Source: Verrucomicrobiota bacterium
GTDB taxonomy: Bacteria > Verrucomicrobiota > Verrucomicrobiia > Opitutales > Opitutaceae
Assembly (NCBI GenBank): GCA_018239845.1
Contig: JAFEGO010000055.1
Location: 9,445 to 73,444, forward strand
DNA: 64,000 nt
Direction: 5' to 3'
The notes under the pieces are model-generated. The model had not been told where the DNA came from. It worked only from the letters and a program-made list of their open reading frames with translations, and did no database searches. Shown here one piece after another: positions 54,770 to 61,566 of this stretch. Position numbers and translations under genes: made by a program. Positions within the stretch are counted from its first letter, which is position 1; every line of letters begins with the position of its first letter.

Positions 54770-56161
54770 TTAATGGCCGCCGCTGCTGCACCCGCCGCAG
54801 CTCGATCCGCCGCCGCATGAGCTGCTCGTGCAGGAATTCCAGTTCGTCCCACCCCAGCTCCATGAGGAGTCGTCCTTCAAGGTGTCGTACATGGACCCGA
54901 CGGCCAGCGGCCACACGCTCGCGCCAAACAGGGCGACCATCATCGCACCGTCTGCCCCAGATAACGTTCCGTTGGGCAGGCGCCGCTTTTGGGGTTTATG
55001 GGCCTGCCTCCATTCGGCGAGCAGGGCATCGCCGGCCCGGGTCCGCCATGTGCGCCGGAGAAATCGCACCGACACAAGGGCGGTGGCGAGACCGAGGACA
55101 ATCAGCAGGTCCACCGGTCGGCCGCGGCTGAGGCCAATGAGGAGCTTGATCCCTGCGACTATCGGCACGAACAGCGCGACCATGAACGGCACATAGCGCA
55201 CCCGCTCCGCCGCGCCCTCTCCCAGCACCAAGCCCGCCTGCCGCAAGCGGGCGACGTCATTCGCGGTCAAGTCCTTGATGGCTGCCCGCAAGTCTTCCAG
55301 ATCCGCCCCCATCGGATGGTCCGCCAACTCGTGGATCCGGCGCTCAATCCCCGGCGCTCCCGCTGGCAGCGTGCCTTCGGCGCGGATGACCCGACTCTTG
55401 ACTGCCGGGCGCAGCAGATAGCGCGACGACAGATTGGTCAGAGCCACACCCAGCACCTGGTCGATTCCGCTGAGCGCGGCCACGACATAAGGGTCGGACT
55501 CGGCCAGCTCAGGCTGCCGCACCAACGGCGTCCCCGGTCCGCGCATCCACCACCGCAAGATCAACGCCGTCACAAATACCGCCGGCGCAAACCACGCAAA
55601 GAACACCAGGAAATCGGGTCCGCTCAGGTCAAACGGCCCGAGCGGGCCCTCGGCCGCTCCGCTGCAACCGGGCAGGCATCCCGAGATCACAACAAACGGC
55701 AGCCATTTGCGCCAGCGACTTTTGCCCGGCTTCACCGCCGGGCCACCGCCCGGTGCCGGCCAGATATCCGCCGGTGGCTCGACGCCGAAAAATCGCGCAT
55801 AACTTTCCCGCGTCTGCGCATAGCCGGCGGCAAACTTCGCCTCGTCCTGCGCGCCGCCCCGCGAAGGCTCGTGGTGCAGCGGACGCCCCAGTGCCTGGGC
55901 GCAGAATTTCTCCCAGTAATTGCGCGTATAAATCAGATGGAGGTGCCACGCCTCATCGATGGCTTTCGATGGGGTCACCGGATGGCCCGCCGCCACGGCC
56001 AGAAAGGCAAAACGTTTATACTCCTCGATCACCCGGCGGGCAAGCGGCTCGCCCCAATCCTGCTCGCGCGCCAGTCGCGCCGAAAACGGCGCCACCGCCC
56101 CCGGTTCATCGAACGTGAAGGCCTCGATCCGCTGCCAGAGGGCTGAATGCTCCGCAGTCAT
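54770..56161 (-). CDS. GRDP-like N-terminal domain + TIGR04222-like multi-TM domain protein with Cys/Gly/Ser-rich C-terminal tail
   Basis: N-terminus EYKRFAFLAVAAGHPVTPSKAIDEAWHLHLIYTRNYW (glycine-rich-domain-protein-like motif). Central TM helices. C-terminus WSWGGTNWNSCTSSSCGGGSSCGGCSSGGH. Confidence 0.72.
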   Translation of the reverse strand: MTAEHSALWQRIEAFTFDEPGAVAPFSARLAREQDWGEPLARRVIEEYKRFAFLAVAAGHPVTPSKAIDEAWHLHLIYTRNYWEKFCAQALGRPLHHEPSRGGAQDEAKFAAGYAQTRESYARFFGVEPPADIWPAPGGGPAVKPGKSRWRKWLPFVVISGCLPGCSGAAEGPLGPFDLSGPDFLVFFAWFAPAVFVTALILRWWMRGPGTPLVRQPELAESDPYVVAALSGIDQVLGVALTNLSSRYLLRPAVKSRVIRAEGTLPAGAPGIERRIHELADHPMGADLEDLRAAIKDLTANDVARLRQAGLVLGEGAAERVRYVPFMVALFVPIVAGIKLLIGLSRGRPVDLLIVLGLATALVSVRFLRRTWRTRAGDALLAEWRQAHKPQKRRLPNGTLSGADGAMMVALFGASVWPLAVGSMYDTLKDDSSWSWGGTNWNSCTSSSCGGGSSCGGCSSGGH

Positions 56162-56227
56162 ACCCCGAGCCTGCCCGCACCCAGCCGCGACTCAAGCCCG
56201 GCTGTAAACGCCCCCGCTTGAGCCTGT

Positions 56228-56285
56228 GGTGGCACGGGCGTCCCGCCCGTGGGTTTGAGAAGGTGGGCGGGACGCCCATGCCACC
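56228..56285. repeat. REPIN, family GGTGGCAYGGGCGTCCCGCCC
   Basis: Left unit GGTGGCACGGGCGTCCCGCCC. The right unit GGGCGGGACGCCCATGCCACC is its reverse complement with one mismatch. 16-nt spacer. Lies in a divergent intergenic region. Confidence 0.7.
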
Positions 56286-56422
56286 CACCGACGGCCACGG
56301 AATTATCCGAAACGTGTGGCGGAGCGGATAGCCAACAAGCGCCCAAGGGCCGCATAGGTATCATCGCCACCTCCGCGCAAACTTTCTCGCCCCGTTTCGC
56401 GGCGCCTGCTCAAATCGCCGGG

Positions 56423-57334
56423 ATGCCTTCCGCCTACGCCGAAATCGCCGCCGCCTTCCCGTGGTTCTTCCCCGCGGTCGTCGGGGTGTTCGGCGCGTGC
56501 ATCGGCAGCTTTCTCAACGTCGTCATCTACCGTCTCCCTAAGAACGAGTCCATCGTCTCGCCCCGCTCCCACTGCGCCTGCGGCCAGCCGATCAAGTGGT
56601 ATGACAATATCCCGGTCTTTTCCTGGTTCGCCCTCCGCGGCAAGGCCCGCTGCTGCGGCCGGCCCTACTCCTTCCGCTACGCTTTCGTCGAGCTGCTCAC
56701 CGCCGGCCTCTTCGTCGCGTGCTGGCTGCTCTTACCGCCCGCCAAGGCCGCGTGCGGCATGCTGCTCGTGAGCGCCCTCGTCTGCGCCACCTTCATCGAC
56801 ATCGATCACCTGATCATCCCCGATGTCTTCACCCTCGGGCTCGGCGTGGTCGGCGTGGTGCTGTCGTTTGTCGTGCCCGCCCTGCACGACCAGCACAGCG
56901 GGATCTACCTCGTCGATGGCCTGCGCTCCGGCGTGATCTCGCTGCAGGGGCTCTTCGCGGGCTCGGGCCTCGTGCTCTGGATTTTGCTGGTGGCCGAGGC
57001 CGTCCTGAAGAAGGAGGCGATGGGCTTCGGCGACGTGAAGTTCGTCGGCGCCATCGGCGCCTTCTGCGGCTGGCAGGGCGCGGTGTTCGCCATGTTTGGC
57101 GGCGCGATGATCGGCACCCTGTGGTTCGCCTTCGCGCTGGCGTGGGAAAAAATCGCCGGCCAGCCCGCCGCCGTCGCGCCCAAGGCCGAGACGCCCGAGG
57201 GCGAGGCCACCGAGCTCGGCTTCGGCGCGCACATCCCCTTCGGCCCCGCGATCGCGCTGGCGGGCCTGCTTCACTTCCTCTACTTCCACCAGTGGGTCGC
57301 CGCCTACTTCGCCCAGATCGGCGCCCTGCTCTGA
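56423..57334 (+). CDS. prepilin peptidase (A24 family, type IV leader peptidase/N-methyltransferase)
   Basis: GSFLNVVIYRLP, the four-Cys motif (CACGQPI...ARCCG), the first catalytic Asp in FIDIDHLIIPD and the second in GFGDVKF. Start at ATG 56423 rather than the 56249 track start. Confidence 0.87.
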   Translation: MPSAYAEIAAAFPWFFPAVVGVFGACIGSFLNVVIYRLPKNESIVSPRSHCACGQPIKWYDNIPVFSWFALRGKARCCGRPYSFRYAFVELLTAGLFVACWLLLPPAKAACGMLLVSALVCATFIDIDHLIIPDVFTLGLGVVGVVLSFVVPALHDQHSGIYLVDGLRSGVISLQGLFAGSGLVLWILLVAEAVLKKEAMGFGDVKFVGAIGAFCGWQGAVFAMFGGAMIGTLWFAFALAWEKIAGQPAAVAPKAETPEGEATELGFGAHIPFGPAIALAGLLHFLYFHQWVAAYFAQIGALL

Positions 57335-57351
57335 CCGCACCAACGCACCAC

Positions 57352-58554
57352 ATGACTGAACCGAAATACATCGTCGTCGGCAATTCCTCCGACGACCCCT
57401 TCGCCATCGACGTGGCCTTTGCCATGGGCCAGCGCGAGGACATCGCGGACGTCATCAGCATGAAGAAGTTCGCCAACTCGGAGTTCTGCCCCCGCTTCAT
57501 CTCCGACGAGCAGGACTTCAACCAGATCGGCAACAAGCTCGCCGGCAAGAGCGTCATCATCGTCAGCACAAGCAACCTCATCGTGAGCCGCCAGAGCCTC
57601 GCCATGCGCACGCTCATGATCGCCCGCGCCGCCAAGGAAAACGGCGCCACCGAGGTCATCCTCGTCGAGCCCGACCTCTATTACAGCGCGCAGGACCGCG
57701 GCCCCCGGCAGGAGCTCGGCCAGACCAGCTTCGAGCGCAAACAGGACGATCTGAAGAAATTCGACGGCCAGCCCTTCACCGCCAAGCTCTACGCCCAGCT
57801 CCTCAAGCTCGCCGGCGTGGACCGCGTGCTCACCGTCCACAACCACTCGCACTCCGTGCAGCGCATGTTCACCGAGGTCTTCGACGGGAAGTTCCACAAC
57901 CTCATCCCCTACGAGATCTACGTCGATTACCTGCTGAACTCCAACATCGTCACCTACGGCAAGGACGGCGAGGGCCTCGCCCTCTGCGCCCCCGACAAGG
58001 GCGCGCGCGAATTCGTGCAGGAGATGGCCCGCCGCCTCAACCTCCCCAAGGTCAAGTTCGTCCTCCTCGACAAGGTCCGCACCGGCGAGCGCAAGGTGGA
58101 CATCACGATCCACGCCGAGAGCGAGTGGAGCCTGGAGGACATCCGCGGGCACGATATCGTGCTCTTCGACGACATGGTGCGCACCGGCTCCACCGTGGTG
58201 CAGAGCTGCCAGCTCCTGAAGCAGATCAGCCCCGGCAAGACCGTCTTCGCCCTCACCCATTTCTACGCCAGCGAGGAAGGCCGCGTGAAGATGGCGCACA
58301 CCGCCATCGACGAGATCCTCACGCTCAACACCATCCCCACCGTCCTCAACCGCGACATCCAGGGCCGCCTCCGCAAGAAGATGGTCGTCCTCAAGATCGA
58401 ACAGTGGCTCGCCCGCAACCTCTGCGGCATCCTCGGCATCACGCCGCTGAAGACCAACGACAGCCTCTACGCGATCGACATGTCGTCGAAGAACCTCCGC
58501 TGGAAGCACAAGATCTGGCTCAGCGAGCAGCTCAAGGGCCTCAATCACCGCTGA
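57352..58554 (+). CDS. ribose-phosphate pyrophosphokinase-family protein, atypical (insertions, 400 aa)
   Basis: Prs-like layout: KKFANSEFCPRF, VIIVSTS, IARAAKENGATEVILVEPDLYYSAQDR, VLTVHNH, and PRPP-loop-like IVLFDDMVRTGSTV. It carries an insert after the SAQDR block and a ~60-aa C-terminal extension. Start at ATG 57352. Confidence 0.78.
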   Translation: MTEPKYIVVGNSSDDPFAIDVAFAMGQREDIADVISMKKFANSEFCPRFISDEQDFNQIGNKLAGKSVIIVSTSNLIVSRQSLAMRTLMIARAAKENGATEVILVEPDLYYSAQDRGPRQELGQTSFERKQDDLKKFDGQPFTAKLYAQLLKLAGVDRVLTVHNHSHSVQRMFTEVFDGKFHNLIPYEIYVDYLLNSNIVTYGKDGEGLALCAPDKGAREFVQEMARRLNLPKVKFVLLDKVRTGERKVDITIHAESEWSLEDIRGHDIVLFDDMVRTGSTVVQSCQLLKQISPGKTVFALTHFYASEEGRVKMAHTAIDEILTLNTIPTVLNRDIQGRLRKKMVVLKIEQWLARNLCGILGITPLKTNDSLYAIDMSSKNLRWKHKIWLSEQLKGLNHR

Positions 58555-58586
58555 GCGGTAGCGCAGGCGTCCCACCCGGTCCGATG

Positions 58587-58648
58587 AGTGGCTGCGGCGT
58601 CCTCGCCGCAGATTCTCCGATCCCTGCGGCGGGGACGCCGCACCCACT
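58587..58648. repeat. REPIN, family TAGTGGCTGCGGCGTCCCCGCCGCAG, copy 2
   Basis: AGTGGCTGCGGCGTCCTCGCCGCAG, 12-nt spacer, CTGCGGCGGGGACGCCGCACCCACT. Confidence 0.78.
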
Positions 58649-58676
58649 CCCCCCAGTTGCCTCCCACCGAAGCAAG

Positions 58677-58749
58677 GTAGGTTGCGCGCTCGCGCGCAAC
58701 AGCCGTGCCCCACCGCTCCCTCGTTGTTGCGCGCAAGCGCGCAACCTAC
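58677..58749. repeat. REPIN, family GTAGGTTGCGCGCTYGCGCGCAAC
   Basis: Left unit 58677-58700. The right unit 58726-58749 is the reverse complement and differs only in the hairpin loop (TC versus TT). Confidence 0.78.
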
Positions 58750-58789
58750 TTTGCCCTGCTGGCTCCTGCCGCGGTCGGAGCCACCATGA

Positions 58790-58845
58790 GTAACGCCGGC
58801 ATCTTGCCGGCCATCGTTTCGTTGCCGGCAGGATGCCGGCGCTAC
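58790..58845. repeat. REPIN, family GTAGCGCCGGCATCCTGCCGGC
   Basis: Left unit GTAACGCCGGCATCTTGCCGGC, 12-nt spacer. The right unit is the reverse complement of GTAGCGCCGGCATCCTGCCGGC, identical to the singlet at 38868-38889. Confidence 0.75.
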
Positions 58846-58898
58846 CCAAACGTTCACCATTGCCACGCGTCCGCCCGTAATCCAAATCTGGCGACACC

Positions 58899-59765
58899 AT
58901 GAAACCCCACGTGGCCGCCCTTGCCCTGCTGTGCCTGTCCGCGCTTGGCCTCCGCCTCTCCGCCCAGGAAATCCTCCTCGCCCAGTACAAGGGCCGCGCC
59001 GTCCCCGTCGTGCAGGCCCATAAGAATACCGCGCTCGTACGGGACGGCGACGAACTCGTGCCCGTGATGAGCCCCAGCTTCGCCTTCCGCGAGGGCGGCG
59101 AATTCCTCCCCACCCTCGTCACCGTGAGCAAGCTCGATGCTTCGACCCGCGGCGTCGAGTTCCTGGAGGGCGGCGGCGAACTCAACAACGAGTTCCTCCT
59201 CCGCGCGACCTTCACCACCCCCTACGAAATCCCCGCCGTCTATCTCGTGCTCCAGCTGCACCTCGACGGCGGCATGCTGAGTCTCTTCGTGCAGGAGATC
59301 GGCGACCTGCACGCCGGCCAGCCGCGCCGGCTGGACCTCAGCGTGCCCCTCAGCCATCCGCTCGGCGAAGGCCACTACGTGATGCACCTCTACTCAGGCG
59401 GCCGGGAGCTGCTGCACACGGCGCAGCCCGCGGACTTCCGCGAGCGCGCCCTCGACCACCTCGTCGCCCAGCGCGCCGCGGGCCAGCCCGACGGCCCGCC
59501 CAAGCTTCTCGTCGGCCCCGCGCCGGAGTATCCACGCTCCCTCCGTAAGACCCATCCGACCGGCAAGGCCGTGGTGCATTGCCAGATCCACAAAAACGGC
59601 GCTGTCACCGACCTCGCCGTCACCTCCGCCACCGACCCGGCCTTCGGCGAAGCCGCCCTCGCCGCCGTGCGCCAGTGGCGCTTCGTCCCGCGCATCAAAG
59701 GCGGCGAGCCCGTGGACACCGCCACGGAGATCCCGCTCAACTTCACCCCCGACAAGAAGACCTGA
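58899..59765 (+). CDS. secreted protein with C-terminal TonB-type energy-transducer domain
   Basis: Signal peptide MKPHVAALALLCLSALGLRLSAQ. C-terminus PEYPRSLRKTHPTGKAVVHCQIHKNGAVTDLAVTSATDPAFGEAALAAVRQWRFVPRIKGGEPV matches TonB_C. The N-terminal ~190 aa have no recognised family and lack a Pro-rich TonB spacer. Confidence 0.78.
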   Translation: MKPHVAALALLCLSALGLRLSAQEILLAQYKGRAVPVVQAHKNTALVRDGDELVPVMSPSFAFREGGEFLPTLVTVSKLDASTRGVEFLEGGGELNNEFLLRATFTTPYEIPAVYLVLQLHLDGGMLSLFVQEIGDLHAGQPRRLDLSVPLSHPLGEGHYVMHLYSGGRELLHTAQPADFRERALDHLVAQRAAGQPDGPPKLLVGPAPEYPRSLRKTHPTGKAVVHCQIHKNGAVTDLAVTSATDPAFGEAALAAVRQWRFVPRIKGGEPVDTATEIPLNFTPDKKT

Positions 59766-59790
59766 GCCCGTGGCGCTGATGCGCCAGTCC

Positions 59791-59851
59791 AGTGGCTGCG
59801 GCGTCCCCGCCGCAGATTTCCGATCCCTGCGGCGGGGACGCCGCAGCCACT
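59791..59851. repeat. REPIN, family TAGTGGCTGCGGCGTCCCCGCCGCAG, copy 3
   Basis: AGTGGCTGCGGCGTCCCCGCCGCAG, 11-nt spacer (ATTTCCGATCC), then its perfect reverse complement. Confidence 0.8.
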
Positions 59852-59912
59852 AGGACGCTGAAAAAGTGGCGCGGGCGTCCGCCACCCCGAGGCATCGGGT
59901 CACGCCGACGGT

Positions 59913-60251
59913 TCAGGTCTGCAGCGTGCCGGCCTGTTTGGTGAGCTGGCGCTCGATCGCCGTGCACACCACGTCGCAGAGCTGCGGGATGCTCGGGTCG
60001 CCGATCCGGTAGAAGACCTGCAGCCCCGCCTTGCGCCGCGCGAGGATGTGCGCCGCCGTAAGCGTCTGCAGGTGGCGCGACACGTTGGCCTGCGTGCCGC
60101 CCGTCGCGGCCACCAGCTCGCCCACGTTCCGCTCCCCGTCGAACAGCGCCTGGATCAGGCGCAGCCGCATCGGCTCGGCCAGCACGGCAAAACGCGCGGC
60201 CACCAGCTGCAGCGCGGCCTCGGACAACGGTCGGTGTGGTTTCTTCGCCAT
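59913..60251 (-). CDS. ArsR/SmtB family transcriptional regulator
   Basis: FAVLAEPMRLRLIQALFDGERNVGELVAATGGTQANVSRHLQTLTAAHILARRKAGLQVFY. ATG 60251. Confidence 0.88.
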   Translation of the reverse strand: MAKKPHRPLSEAALQLVAARFAVLAEPMRLRLIQALFDGERNVGELVAATGGTQANVSRHLQTLTAAHILARRKAGLQVFYRIGDPSIPQLCDVVCTAIERQLTKQAGTLQT

Positions 60252-60286
60252 GCCCGGCAGCAAAACCACGCTTGACTTCCTTGCAA

Positions 60287-60310
60287 CTATATACGCATAT
60301 ACTCATATAG
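60287..60310. promoter_or_regulatory. AT-rich imperfect palindrome CTATATACGCATATACTCATATAG (candidate ArsR operator)
   Basis: The outer hexamers CTATAT/ATATAG are perfectly inverted. It sits in the 77-bp divergent region between the arsR-family gene and the DUF2892-RND operon, just downstream of a TTGACT hexamer (60272-60277). Confidence 0.35.
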
Positions 60311-60328
60311 TCTAAATACCCGCCCGCC

Positions 60329-60553
60329 ATGAAAACCGAATCCTTCATCCGCCTCCTCGCCGGCAGCTTCGTGCTGCTCGGCACCGTCCTCGCCTGGCGC
60401 GTCAGCCCAGCCTGGCTCCTCCTCCCCGGCTTCGTCGGGGCCAACCTCATCCAGTCCGCCTTCACCGGTTTCTGCCCGCCGACCTTCATCCTCGGCAAGC
60501 TCGGGTGGATCGACGTCACCGGCGTCATCCATTTCGGCGGCCCGCGGAAATAA
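60329..60553 (+). CDS. DUF2892 (YgaP C-terminal-like) small membrane protein
   Basis: 74 aa with two TM helices. RLLAGSFVLLGTVLA...GANLIQSAFTGFCP matches DUF2892. Confidence 0.75.
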   Translation: MKTESFIRLLAGSFVLLGTVLAWRVSPAWLLLPGFVGANLIQSAFTGFCPPTFILGKLGWIDVTGVIHFGGPRK

Positions 60554-60561
60554 TCCCGTCC

Positions 60562-61566
60562 ATGAAGGCCGCCCTCCTCCTGTCCGTCCTCGCGCTGGCG
60601 GCCGGCTGCCGCCGGCCGGAGCCGGTCGCGCCCGCGGCCACGCTCCCGGTCCTCACGGTGCACACCGCTGCGGTCCGGGCGGCGGCGGAGCCCCGCACGC
60701 AGGCCGTGCCCGGCGTAGTGCGACCCTTCGCCCGGGCGACGGTCGCCGCGCGCGTGATGGGCGGGGTGGAGAGCGCCCGGCTGACGGTCGGCCAGGCGGT
60801 CCGGGCCGGCGAAGTCCTCGTGCGGATTAACGCCGATGAGCTCACCGCGCGGCGGGAGGCGGCCCGCGCCGCCCTCGCCCAGGCCGAGCGCGAACACACC
60901 CGCGAGGCCGACCTCCTCGGCAAGGGCGCTTCCACGGCCGACGCCCTGCGCCTCAGCCTCGATCAGCTGCACTTGGCGGAGGCGCACGTCCACGAGGCCG
61001 AGGCCTTGCTCGGCTACACCGCGGTCACCGCGCCGTTCGATGGCGTGATCACGGAGTACCTGGTCCGCGCCGGCGACCTCGCCACGCCGGGCCAGCCGCT
61101 TTTCACCGTGGAGGGCACCGCCGACCTGCGCGCCGAGGTCACCGTGCCGGAGTCCCTCCCCGCCTTGCCGCCCGGCACCGCCGTCCGCCTCGAGCTCGCC
61201 TCGGGCGCGGTCGAGGGCCAGCTCGTCGAACTTTCGCCCGCAGCGGATGCCGCCTCTCGCACCCGGCTCGCGCGGATCGCCCTGCCCGCGGACACCGCTG
61301 CGCGCTCCGGCGAATTTGTCCGCGCCGCGTGGCCGGCCGGCGGCGCCACCGTGCTGCTCGTGCCCGCCTCCGCCGTACAATCGTTCGGCCAGATGGACCG
61401 CGTCTTCGTCGTGAACCACCGCCACGCCCAGCTCCGGCTCGTCCGGCCCGGCGCAACCACGGGCGGTGAGACCCAGATCCTCGCGGGCCTCGACGCCGGC
61501 GAGACCGTCGTCGTCGCGCCGCCCGCGGGCCTGCGCGACAGCCAGCCGCTCCGTACCCAGCCATGA
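60562..61566 (+). CDS. efflux RND transporter periplasmic adaptor (MFP) lipoprotein
   Basis: Lipobox LALAAGC, a lipoyl-like hairpin ([26 protein letters not shown] ... [15 protein letters not shown]) and a coiled-coil segment. Start at ATG 60562. The stop overlaps the pump gene start (ATGA). Confidence 0.87.
   Translation: MKAALLLSVLALAAGCRRPEPVAPAATLPVLTVHTAAVRAAAEPRTQAVPGVVRPFARATVAARVMGGVESARLTVGQAVRAGEVLVRINADELTARREAARAALAQAEREHTREADLLGKGASTADALRLSLDQLHLAEAHVHEAEALLGYTAVTAPFDGVITEYLVRAGDLATPGQPLFTVEGTADLRAEVTVPESLPALPPGTAVRLELASGAVEGQLVELSPAADAASRTRLARIALPADTAARSGEFVRAAWPAGGATVLLVPASAVQSFGQMDRVFVVNHRHAQLRLVRPGATTGGETQILAGLDAGETVVVAPPAGLRDSQPLRTQP

Noticed and set aside
58587-59851. Possibility that the clustered palindromic repeats are a CRISPR array
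   Set aside because: The repeats belong to different sequence families, occur as inverted pairs rather than direct repeats, and have no regular repeat-spacer periodicity. No cas genes are present.
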